Below are positions 1 to 12,500 of a stretch of 64,000 nucleotides of DNA, piece after piece. The stretch spans positions 35,284,437 to 35,348,436 of the forward strand of contig NC_092672.1 in the NCBI RefSeq assembly GCF_964355755.1, given 5' to 3'. Origin of the DNA: Antedon mediterranea. Taxonomy: Eukaryota; Animalia; Echinodermata. A program made the translations under genes and the position numbers. Every line of letters begins with the position of its first letter. Position 1 is the first letter of the stretch. The notes under the pieces are model-generated. The model searched no databases and was not told the origin of the DNA. It was given only the letters and a program-made list of their open reading frames with translations.

Positions 1-891
1 AAGCACCCTGAGGGTATTGAGGTGTTGGTTACAAAATACTTGACTTGCTGTAAAGTCATAAGGGTTATACTTTATACTGAAGTTAACATCCTGAGGAAAG
101 AAAACATTTTATTATTTTGAGGAAGTAAATTTATAGAAATCAAATTATGTAGAAACTTTTCAAAATGAAAAAAAATGCATACATTTACATAGATTTAAGA
201 TAAGATAATTTTTTATTCTAAAGTATAGACTTAAAAAATAATATGAAAAAAACATACTTTTAATTTATTGAATATTCATATAAACCATAATAACGGCATC
301 AAAGTTTCTACATCTCTGCCTTTAACAAAAACTCAGTCTACATTCCAAGACCTAATAATAAATAGTCTTACAACAAAAATTGTACAATTCCGTCTTTCTC
401 GCATTTATGAAGCAAATTACCCGTCACTAAATTCAATTTAGACTCATAAATCTCAAGCAATTCTAAGGGTACATAAAATGCATGCTAACACAACACGTTA
501 GTGATAAAAAAAAAATGCTGTTTTTTTAAATACAAAAGTGAAGGCAGTAAAAGATGAGTGTACAATGCGATGGTACTGTACGCTAATGTGTTTGAATTAG
601 CTGTAGTAATTTGTTTTATTTTGAGAGTAATGCTAGTTTTATCGTGTAATTTGCATTTGAATATTGTCAATTTTTTTATCTAACACAGTGACTCATAACT
701 CATACTGCCGACACAACTACAAGCAATGGAAGTAATTTATTATTCAGAATAAACACAACGCACAAAGAAATCTTGTAAAAAATAGCATATGTACAATCCT
801 TATACAGTTGTGTAATAAAACTGTTAATCAGTCGGCTACACACAAAAGAATATGAAAAAAATATCTGGAAAAACAAAACCATTATTGTTTA

Positions 892-1051
892 AGCTCTGTC
901 TACATTATCAAACATTATGTGACAAAAAAAATTGATGTGCCTTATATATGGACATGATGATCCTATATATGGACATGATGATGTCATATTGCTACCATAT
1001 TTGGGTACATCACACTTTTTTTGATAGTTTGATACTAGTGTAGAGAGAGCT
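892..1051. mobile_element. MITE family A (PIF/Harbinger, Tourist-like), copy 1
   Basis: TIR AGCTCTGTCTACACTATCAAAC...GTTTGATAGTGTAGACAGAGCT (imperfect here), TTA flanks on both sides, internal CACTACCATATTTGGG motif shared with about 13 other copies. Confidence 0.85.
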
Positions 1052-1615
1052 TTATAAATAGCTAGTAAAGTCTGCTTGTTCAGTTCTTGTCAAGTAGACA
1101 GTTATCACAGTACAAAATACAATTAATAATATTCAAATTAAATAATCAAGAAATATAAATATTTTGACTAATAAAAATTTAGCTATATAAAAAGAGTGTA
1201 TATTATTTTTATTTGAGAGGGGTATTAAAATGAAAAGCATTAAAGATAAAAACACGCATTTAAATTAATCCAATCAATGATGTTATAAATCCTTGTTGTG
1301 TTTTGTTAAAATATTGGAAGTCAATACAGAGTTTAAAGGGCATTTACAAGTGTGTTAAAATAAGTTAGACCCAATTAACACCAGTGTAGTTGATACAGAA
1401 CAGTAGATAATTACCGTAATAGTGACTGACTAGTAACCTTTGACATTAACCTTTGACATTTAAGATTAAATTGACTTAGTATGTGTATCACCAAAAGTTA
1501 TAAAATGGGGAGGGGAGCTACTGTAGTTTGAAAGGTGGCTAAAAAGAGAGTGATGTGACATTATAATTGTTTTGTTAGTTTTTCATTTATCTGTTTTTGT
1601 ACGGTATATCTCATT

Positions 1616-2424
1616 GGCCCTGTTTCTGCTGCCAACTAAATACCGTATATTATACGGTATTTTTTGAATACCGTATATATACGGTATATTTTTGGCAGCA
1701 GAAACTGCGCTCATAAAAAATATACCGTATTTTGTATACCTTATTTTCCCCACAAAATTTGTGGATAAAATACGGTATTTACAAATTTATACCGTATTTT
1801 TTGTACCCGTTTCTGCTGCCAATAAAAAATACCGTATTTTTTTTTTACATGACAAAAGGTCAACATTCGTGTTTTTATTTTCTGTCGCTGTCAGCTCTTT
1901 TACACACGTGTATATATATATTCGGCGAAAATGTGGAGCGAAGACGTCACAGTTTTACTAAATAAATTTGTGTGGGGAAGCTAAAATGTCTGGCCAACTA
2001 AAAGGTAATAAAAGGGACAACCACATTTATAAAGACATTTCTAAAAAAATAAAGCAGGAGTATGGAATAGACTTGTCTCCAAAGCAAGTAAACTCAAAGC
2101 TGAAGAGCCTGCGAAAGCAGTACAATATTGCAACATAAAATAACTCGGGGAGGGAACGAATTAATTGTCCCCATTACGATGTTTTCTGTGCTCTCACAAC
2201 ATCTCTATCACTAGGGCTAGGCTGTTGAAAGTGAGACGTAAAACTTCCTTTATTGCGACTTTTAATTATCGATCAAATAAATGAATGGCAATTTGGGTAA
2301 AAAAGATGAAATTTAACACGACCACCCAAGAAGTATTGTTAGCAGAAACGGGGTACTAAAAAATACCGTATTTTATACCGTATTTTTATACCGTATTTTG
2401 AGCAGTTGCAGCAGAAACAGGCCC
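1616..2424 (+). mobile_element. Non-autonomous PIF/Harbinger-like DNA transposon with a disrupted Myb/SANT-like (trihelix) ORF
   Basis: TIRs GGCCCTGTTTCTGCTGCCAACT / AGTTGCAGCAGAAACAGGCCC, ATT flanks on both sides, many subterminal AATACCGTAT repeats. About 1931-2190 reads (with frameshifts) WSEDVTVLL..HIYKDISKKIKQEYGIDLSPKQVNSKLKSLRKQY..NSGRERINCPHYD, a trihelix Myb/SANT pattern. Confidence 0.8.
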
Positions 2425-2832
2425 ATTCTCAGAGCAAACATAATTGTTATGTTTATTTTATATGCAAATGACAATAAATGAAAGATATTTTTTCACTGAT
2501 GAATGAATAAAAGTGACCCTGGCTCTACTGTACATACTATTCCAGTTTAATATATTTTAACTTATTTTATTTAGGTTTTCTGTAAGCATGCATTTTGTTT
2601 GTTGCGCATTTTAATTGGCAAGTATTTGTTTAATGAATTACACAACTGATTATTAAGTACTGGTAAACAAAGGAGATATACTTAAATTAGTTATGCTTGG
2701 TTAGTTAGTACCAACTTAGGCCATTTAAGAAATTAATTAGTGGCATCCAAATGTGAATATAATATTTAAATATTTGAAATAATTATTGGATGTAAAAACT
2801 ACGACATTCAGTGTAGTAATATAATAATTTAT

Positions 2833-2897
2833 TTATTTGGAAGTTACACTTTTGAAACGGTAGCACACTTCTTGAATGAAGATGTGTCCAGAGTAAA
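2833..2897. repeat. Dispersed repeat fragment (inverted copy at about 36772-36845)
   Basis: TATTTGGAAGTTACACTTTTGAAAC...TTCTTGAATGAAGATGTGTCCAGAGTAA matches the reverse complement of 36772-36845. Confidence 0.65.
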
Positions 2898-4521
2898 AAT
2901 AAGTAAAATATAAGTTACAGAAAAGAAAAAAAAATTTACAAAGAAACTTAAACTAAATTATGTACAAAATATAAAAAATAACATAACAATACTAAATAGA
3001 GATACAGTACAGTAGCTGTTTAAAAATAAGTATTACTAACATATTAACAACTAACACAATTTAAGCTGATTAGAGGTTAACAAAACTGTGTGGAAATGTG
3101 CCATATTCAATGGGTTTATGAGTTTGAAAATGTCTTGGGTTGTTGCCTTTTAAAGTCGCTTATTCATCATATTTATTCATTTATAAGTAAAAAAACTGTA
3201 AAAAATGTGCTCAGTCTAAAATAGTCCTACATGAAGTCTGCAAAAGAAAGTATAGCAATCACACTTCCCACTTGAAACTTCCAAACAACAATCCAATTAT
3301 TACACTACTTGTAACTAATTCCCAGGTAAAGAATAACAATGACATGATGAGTTGAATCCTTCTGCCATTTGACAATTATCAGAAGAATGTTTAAGCCCCC
3401 CCTTCAAAGCAATATAGGATGTCTACAGGTACTTAAAAATCTTCATTAATAAGCTTCCCATTGCTCCCTTTCAGCCATAGTTAACCAAATTAATCGTATT
3501 AAGTAGGGATTTTACAGTTCTCAAAGAATCCAATTTAGAGTCTAACAATAACCAGAGCGATGCATGAAGTACCTATACATTGTTTCATTCACATATCTCT
3601 GGTCCTTTTCAATGTCGACCGGCAGTGCTTGCCAACTTTCGATTGATCTTGTTGAAATCAGGCTAAGTTGCTTGCTATTGTCTGGCGGTACTGTTGAAAA
3701 CTAACAAGGTATAAACAAAGTCATCAGGCCATGAATGGAGTCTTGCTGAATTCTGAAATTGATCCTATTGAAAACACCTAAAAGAAAAGTCAATCCTTAT
3801 AAAGCCGCAGGGAACCATACAGAATATATCAACGTACGGCATGTTTCTTGTATTTGTTTAATACCAACAATTGTCTATTTTACTGCAGTGAATTTAGATG
3901 AGTTATTTTGCAAGTACAAAACTTATTGTGTAGTTGGCCTAGGTTTGTTTGTTGGGTAAAATGGTCGGTTTCGGGTTCCTGTAACGTAACTCCAAAACTT
4001 TAAACGTTTTTTATTTTTGTAATAATTAACTTTGAAAAAGAATACTGCAACCTACACTAAACCATTTGTTTGAAGGTATCGACATTTCACGATTATAATT
4101 TCAAATGTACCAATGAAAACGCTATATAGGCGCCAGTTGTGTAGGTCATTAATATTCATGTGATTATAAATAAGTAGTAATATAACACATCATATTTCAG
4201 CCTAAATAAATGCACTTCAACTTTTCACAAACTAATTCCTTTAATCATAGAGATATTATAGTGCTATGCTTTAATAGAATATTCAAAACTCTAACCACTG
4301 CTACTGTAGTGTGGTATTATAGGTGTGACTTAACAAGTATGTATCACTGAAAAAAACAACAATAAGCCCATTTGAGCAAACAATAGGGTTGATTCATCCC
4401 ATTCACAAAGTTGCTTTCCTTTCTCCTCATACAATAGAGATTATTACATTTTAATTAGTTATTTTATACATCTGTAGCATTCCTTTATAAAAGTATTAGT
4501 TTGAATTAGTGCAAAGGATAC

Positions 4522-4591
4522 ATTAGATTAAAAGTATTGGATTAAAAGTATTAGATTAAAAGTATTAGATTAAAAGTATTGGATTAAAAGT
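4522..4591. repeat. 14-bp tandem repeat (ATTRGATTAAAAGT) x5
   Basis: Directly visible. Confidence 0.9.
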
Positions 4592-5230
4592 TAGTGGAAG
4601 TTCTGTTGTATTATACTCTATTTTGTACTTTTTTGTTGGTCATAATTTAATTATGTTCCCCAAACAATTCTATAGCAGTAATTACGCATGAGAGCTTACT
4701 TATATGTGATATATAAGAATGAACTATTATTAATTTCTGTATTTCGTAGAAATTCAATTGATTAAATGCCTGTATAATTGGCCTAACATGCATTTCTAAG
4801 TATTTAAAAAATAAAATTCATTGAAAAAAAAAATACAAGTTTAACTGTATATATTTGTATTAAAAAAACTACTGATACTTTTTCTTGTTATTTCTGTATG
4901 TTATTGTTAGTAGTTACATAATTAATGAACATACAATCATCTACGGCCATTTTCAGCAATATTATTTCAAAAGTTAATGCAATCTTGTAATCTATTGCTA
5001 ACACACTATGTAATGTTTCTGTATGTTCAATAATAGTACTGATATAGCTCACTTATTTAGAATTATCTTTTATCATAGTTGATATTGTCAAGTGCACTAG
5101 CTATACAATACAATGTATGTACTGTATATGTTTTAAATGTTATGTACTGTAGGTACAATACCATTCCAAAGTACAGTATGTTTTGTTATGCTTTTCTGAA
5201 ACTCTTGTTTTGAGGTTATACTTGCTACCA

Positions 5231-5470
5231 GTACCACTCATTCTCCTCCCCCCACCTAACTTCCTCCCCATATCACCCATTTACCCCCACCCCCCATTCC
5301 TTCCCGTACCACTCAATCTTTCCCCGCCACTCTCTTTTACTGTAACTTCCTTCTCATATCACCCATTCTCCCGCCTCCATTCCATCCCGTACCACTCATT
5401 CTTTCCCTCCTAACTTCCTCCCCATATCACCCATCCTTCCCGTACCACTCATTCTCCCCCCCCCCTCCCT
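5231..5470. repeat. C-rich degenerate tandem repeat
   Basis: Recurrent GTACCACTCATTCT and CCTAACTTCCTCCCCATATCACCCAT blocks. Confidence 0.8.
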
Positions 5471-7173
5471 TTGTCACATGCAACATTGGTTTTTTATTTG
5501 ATTTGATTTTTTTGCATCTCATCAAAAAAAACATGCACAATTTACGATATATATAAAATTGAAATTTAAAAAAACAGATACAGAGATGCAAGATAGTCCA
5601 TGAAAGTCCTATGGGGTCCTCAATAACAAATTTAGAAAAGACAAAAAAAATTACAATTTACATAAAACATACTTAAAAATACTGGTACATTTTCGAAATG
5701 ATTCCCTGCTAGATTAATTTGCACCGTTGTACAGAGGATTCGCATCAAGCGTTCATATTTTTCCCGTTGCACTAAATGCCGCTAAACATGTAAAATTGTA
5801 ATTTATAGTTGCAGTTGTTCATAATAAATTTATGTGATGATGGATGGTGTTATGACTGTTGCATTTGTGTTCAGATTGGCTTTGTATTTTATGTGAGGAG
5901 AAATATGCATGTTATACTTGGATGCAACATTTACAATATAATCTTCAAAATAAGACAAGACAAGTATTATAGTATGCATCAAATTATCCACCACAAAATA
6001 ATATCACTAAAAATTATAATTAATTGCGAACTGTACACTATCAGTCTGATGAAAAACATGTACATATGGACATACTGTATGTATATTTTGGGTGGGCTTT
6101 TAAAGATGGCTGTCGAACAGATAAAGTCGTAAATTTTGTTCAACTTAAAACACCATGTACTAAACTTTTCAGCTAAGTACTGACTTTCCATTAGTTTTGT
6201 TAGAAAGTCTGTAAATTAAAAATAATACTGGCTTGAAATCTTCAATAGACCGTGTGTTATGACAAACTAGAAATAAAAGTTTTCATAGCATTCCAATTGA
6301 ATAGCTTGATAGCATTTGTGTTATGTTATAACCACATTATTGTTAGGCATTTATGGCTGACGCTGATTTTACTAGATCTACCGGTACTTAAGTTCCGTGC
6401 TCGTAAATATCCTAGCAAATGGAAAGGTAGAGCCACAGAGAGCAATCAATGCGAGCCCTATCAGAATAAGGCCATAAAACGGTGGCTATAAAACGTAGAT
6501 TGGTAAACAGCTGAGACCAGTACAAAATCATTTTGTACTTGATGACCCTGTGTTAAGTAATTAGAAGTAAGACTTTGAACTCATTTACAATACTTAACGA
6601 TATTAGCCCTGTTAGATTAGTATAAAAGTCTATAGTATTTTGTCATTAACATACAACTATACCATTGATTTGGACCTTTGGTAGACGATTGTATAGATTT
6701 AGTGTTAGAGTGGAAAGACTTTGTAGATAAACGGCAGATACAGGAGGTAATTAAGATCACTAATAATTTGTTAAGGAGGAACAGAAACCAGGATCAACAA
6801 ATTCACCGAACCTTTATTGTTGCTAAAGCTATATAAAGCCCTTGAATTTTAAAATAGACAAACATCTTTGTACTTATTAATTTATTTTGTATGTATTTTG
6901 TAAGATATCTCCAAAGGTAAATTACTACAAAAAAAGAAAAATAACAATGTTGTGGGTATTAATGGAGGCTATACAATAAAATTAGCAGAAAGCTAATTCA
7001 AAATGATGACAGCCAGAAAGAATATGGCAGGCTGTCAGATGACAGTAATTCCTCTTTACAGTACAGTAGCTGGCTTATTTTACTCAAGCCGATTTCTACT
7101 ACGTTAATTTGTTAATAAAAAGCGTTGACTTTGTATACGCATGAATATTCATGCCTCCAAATCCCTGTCTACG

Positions 7174-7273
7174 CATGCGCATAAGTGAATCTTGCAAACA
7201 TGCGCATAAGTGAATCTTGCAAACATGCGCATAAGTGAATCTTGCAAACATGCGCATAAGTAAATCTTGCAAA
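7174..7273. repeat. 25-bp tandem repeat (CATGCGCATAAGTGAATCTTGCAAA) x4
   Basis: Four near-identical head-to-tail copies. Confidence 0.92.
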
Positions 7274-9576
7274 CAAATTCGCCTATGTAGTGGAAAATCT
7301 GCTTTACAGTAATGTATTTTCCATAAACCTGTCCCTGCCCAAATTTTCCTTTTTAATGCGTTGTATTGTGTAATTATATTGTTCATTCGCTAGTTACTAC
7401 AGTATAACATTTGGTGTTTGTGCAACAAGCGTAACTACAGAATATACATATCCATATATGAATAACAAATTTTATCTGATAAAACTTTTCTATAGCATTC
7501 CATTGGTTGAAAAGTCAAATGTATTTGTGTTTTTCTTTACCGGTTTACACGTTTTATACATACCGATGATGGGAAAGGGGCAACAATTTTGAACACACGT
7601 AGGATATCATGGAACGTATTATAATGTATATAACACCATGTGTGATGCTATACACTAATACTCATTAAGCCATATCACATTATAACGCTTGATTACCTGT
7701 TTAAACTATTTATTCCCACTTCGCTGATTTTCATTCGACAAAATAATTCGATACCTACAGGTGGAGTATGGCAAAACAATGGTAATTTCCATCGTAACGC
7801 TCTCTTCTGAATATGTCAATCATATACTATTCAGCTCCGCGGATCAATAACCTTGAAATCAGTGAACGAATTGCGAGCGTGAAATTGAAACCCATTTACC
7901 GTAGCACTTCATAAACAGATTATAACCAGCCTAGCAAAGAATCTTTTACCTACTGTCTGGATTGAAAAGTTTTTCGCACCTTATTGATTCACCAGTTTCC
8001 GATATTTCACAGACTGAGGAATCGTTTCTGAATGCACTCATGCATATCGTTTACTCCTACACTTATGTCGTTGCTTATAAACAGAAGATGTGTTGTATGG
8101 TATACAACTTTTGGTTCACAATTCATTGATTTTGCGATTTGCCTCAATTTTGTTTTGGATTGTCTGTGTGCAATTCATCATGATGTTGCGATTTGCACAC
8201 GTTTTGGTGAAACGTGTCGTAAACACGTATCTTAATTTGAAAGCTATGAGGTTAAGTGCTTTGTTTAAAACCATAGATTAGTGATGTTATAAACTAACTT
8301 GTCCTAATAAATATGCTGTAATTTAATAATTAAATCTGTTGATTGATTGTTGATTTCTTGAAATTGTCCATTATAAATTTGGTTAAGTTAAGTAATGTAA
8401 ATTTACATTAGATAGTCTACTTTATCAGCATAAGTTTGCTTCCAATACAGCGAGGTGAGGTTATACAATACAGCGATATACAAATGTTGCAAAAATAAAA
8501 ACTCACGTCACAAACCAACTACGAACAAAGAAAACATTTCTAACCTATAGAAAAAGATATTGCATTAACTTGATATAAAAAACCCATCTTTTTGCATGCT
8601 GTGTTGGTGGAATTCGCAAAGATACAACAAATCCGCAGATGCGTTGGCCTTTGCCAGGCACAGTTGGAATGATAGAACAGTAACAACTGACTCGATAGGT
8701 GCTCTAGCGGGACTCTGTGAAGTTTAATGTTCCAGGCCTGCAGTTCATCACATTCTAGGCAGACTGAACTGTAGGAGGTCTAGCTAGTTTCTGCCTGAAG
8801 CTAATTTTGACAAATAGTTAGCCTAGCCTAGACCAATCAGTGACAGAGCAAATGGAGTTTTATGGCTTTTATTGCTAGATACAGTATCATCATACTGTAG
8901 TTATTTTTAATGGAAAAAGATCTTCTTGTTGTCAATGTTGTGTAATATACTGTATACAGTATATCCAACCCCGAATTGTAATTTAGGCTAATTTTTTTTT
9001 GGTTTTATTTTAGTTTAAAATGAATTATTGTTAAATCAATACTATTTAAAAATCATTCTGATAATAAATCTAAAAAAAAACACTGTAAAAAACATGATTT
9101 TTAAAATAAATAAAATATGTGTATGAATCTATAAAATTTAAATATGTAAATTCAAAACTTGAGCATTTGACTCTTTAATACATGTGTGATACCATTATTT
9201 TGTATTCATTTTAGACAGACTATTTGCTATAAAAAGTGTGAAATATGTTAATTATTCATGATATTTTAATTATTGTATTCAAAAAGATCATATTATCTAC
9301 AGTAACCCGCATGTAACACCAATAGACTAGTTTTATTTGACTAGGTTATTGCACTAAGCAAAGTAATAACATAATAATGGCATTATTATCAGTAACTGTA
9401 ATTTCCGATAAACTTTGCCCATGTTAAATTCATAAGAAATGTTGTGAAACAAAGTGCATGGTAATATTAATAACGAGAAATAAATGTACTAATCGATCAT
9501 ACTGTATTTTTATATTTATGAGAAAAAATAAATTTGAGCAATAATAATAATAATTGATGTATGTTATGTCTTTCAG

Positions 9577-12500
9577 GTATTGCAGCCTCATCAAACAGGC
9601 CGTCAAGTATACGACCTCAATCAACTTACTTATCAGCGGATCTCAACGCAAATACTAACTCGTCATTCTTCGTTCAAACCCGAAAACACAACTCTGAAGA
9701 GATTTTGCTTCGTGAAAACATTACGTATAGCGGGCATGGCTTGTTTGTCGATAAATTAGTATGGGATGTGCAGTCACATGGGGGCGCTGTGTCAGCTTCG
9801 TACGGACCATTTCATGTTTTTGAAAGTGACTCTTTAATATTTAATAGTTCTGAACTATATAATTTAAAAATACAAACTCATATTATAACAAAACATATTC
9901 AAGCTTATAGCCCAAGTTTAAATATTTTATTTCACTTAGATCATAAGCAATTAAAAGTATTAAACGATTTGTCAATTTGCATCGATTTGCATATCTTGTA
10001 CGCTGAGGGCGCTATTGTATCTTCGTGTATGCTAAATAAGTCAACAGGATCGTGTTTCCTCGATGTGCCAATACCTATGGAATGGTGGTTGGGAATTGCG
10101 GATGCTTCATATCAAAACTCAAAAATGCAATTGTCCTATAGCGTATCAAAAACTGTCACGGGTGAATGCACACGTAAGGATAACAGTCTAAAAGGCAGAG
10201 GAATGACTACCACGCAAAAAGGCGAGGAATCGAAACAAGCGCCCTCAGTATACGTACATGTAGGAGAAGTTCCGCTTCAACCGTTTGGAGGACATTATTC
10301 TCGAATTGACGATAAGAGTAGAGTAATCATCAAGGCTCCAGATAACAAAGACGTGAGCCCTACTCACGGTTTCCTTTTTCCCGTCGGCATCCCGCAGGAT
10401 CTTGAAGCGGAATCGTTTTCTATCAAGTAAGTTCTATTGTTCATTTAGTACGCTACAATACTTCTTTGTTGATTACAAAAAAACATTGCAAATTTTTTTG
10501 AAAAATTGGAAAAATTTATTTACGGTAATGTAATTAGACAAACATCATTTAATTCAACACATCATTTCATCCTAATAATTAACTGGCGCGCGACAGTTGC
10601 TATGTGACTATGATTATTGAATGTAAATGTAATATAGTGTACAAGACATGACCTACTTACGAGCCAATTAATGTTGTGACGCTCCATTCAATTTATACAC
10701 AGTTTGTTCACTAAACCTATTTCCATTTGCAATAAAGCCTTCAAATTTACATCTTCTCTCTTTACCGAAAATGAATCACACTTAGTCATATTAAGAACTG
10801 ATTTAAGACAAATTTTGTTGGCGTTTTGTTCATTAAGAAAATGAAGGGAAAAGTCATTAACGACAAGATGCATAGACCGTATGCAAGAAAAAACTGATGT
10901 GACCCACATGTATTTGCGACCTATATTAATTTTTTTTTTATTTTGCTGCTAATACTCGTGAGATTAAAAACAGAAGGCCTGTTTATTTAGAAATTGTATT
11001 ATTAGACTTGACATAATTTATTTAAATATTCATTGGTTTGTTATTGTACATTATAGCCTTTGTCTGCAATTTGTCAATTGTGGGTTAAGTTTTTAAATTA
11101 AGTTTTAAGTAATTATGACCCTGTATTGTCCATAGCATCTATTTTTTTAAAAGCTGTTTGCTTATGTTTGTATAGCATTTTATCATGGTTATTTTTGATA
11201 TTTATTGCATGTTAATGTTAGTAATATGTATCACAAAAGACTACAATTAACAAAAAATATTAACATTTAAAGTACAGTCTATGTAAATAGTAGTTTTAGA
11301 TTGCCAGTTTTACCATATTGATGAGCAAAGTTTGTATTTTAAACCGACATATTATGGCTTCCACTGTTTATCAGATAAAAAATGGTGAATAATTTTCAGT
11401 CCAGATCCAGTCATATACAAATATTAATGTGAATGAACTATCAAACCTTACTGTATGTGATGTGCCCATATATGGACATGAAGATGTCGTATCCTACCAT
11501 ATTTGGGCATATCACTACCATATTTGGGCATATCACACTTTTTTTGTCAAACTAGTTTGATCGTGTGGACAGAGCTGAACTCTTATAATACTGTATAAGG
11601 TTTTAATACATAAGAACATAAGATGAACAAAGCCTACTATAGACCGGTGAGGATACTAGTTATAATACGATGTCCTCTAACAGCTGTTTGGAAATTGAAC
11701 GTACCAGTGTCTCGGTGATAGACATTTACAGTACCATCTTACTGTATAGTGGTTAATCAAATAAAATCACATGCATTCTTCTTACAATGAAAAGTTTTTT
11801 AGCCTAAAGGTGACCTCCGTGTCACCTTTCAATAATTTCAAATCCCCGTAGCAATATCTTCTGTTTGTAATTAATACTCACTCCTCCTAAAGGAAGCTAT
11901 CAAAAGGAATCATCTTGTTTGCACCAGCTCCATAAAAATGGAAGCTTAAGGGGAATGAACTCGCGTACATGTAACATCTTTGTTACAAAACAAAATATAA
12001 TAAATCTTTGTCCTTGAATATCATAATTAAAATTCATTTTTTCTTATGAACATGCTACAATGATGTTTGCCTTGCGTTATTCATTATCCATCTTTAATAG
12101 CTGAGTTTGCAGATTCCATGTCCCTTAAGATTCGATTCATTTTTATCGAGAAGAATATATTTTATGCGCTTCACCAATCCAGTGTCATCAATAAATTATT
12201 TGATCAATTTGGAAAAAAAAAATGGTAATTATATAAAGAGAAAAAAGTTGATAACTGTTTAAATGTTGATGATTACAGTCCCTGTCCTCGTAAAACATCT
12301 AATGATAGATGATTCTATCTTAGAAGAATTAGTATAAATAAAATGATATGCTATACAGTATAATCTTTGTAACTAGGCTTATTAATATCATTTTAATAGC
12401 ATTTATAAACTCTTTTGATAATTTCAGCATAAGTTATTAGGTTTCTGTTAAACTCGCTAAAAGTTGTTGAAAATTTAATGAAAAGTTCCACCGGGAGAAA

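Noticed and set aside
3050-3800. Possible degenerate LINE reverse-transcriptase fragment on the minus strand
   Set aside because: Only vague word matches (PDD, LDSKL) across stops; not enough to call
7174-7273. Regular repeats here and at 28550-28952 and 45055-45495 as possible CRISPR arrays
   Set aside because: Head-to-tail units without unique spacers, eukaryotic context, no cas genes
8090-8281. Hydrophobic ORF (MLYGIQLLVHNSLILRFASILFWIVCVQF...) as TMEM132 signal-peptide exon
   Set aside because: Best donor (ATGAG|GTTAAG) is phase 2 but exon 9577 needs phase 1; the only phase-1 GT is weak. Left unassigned
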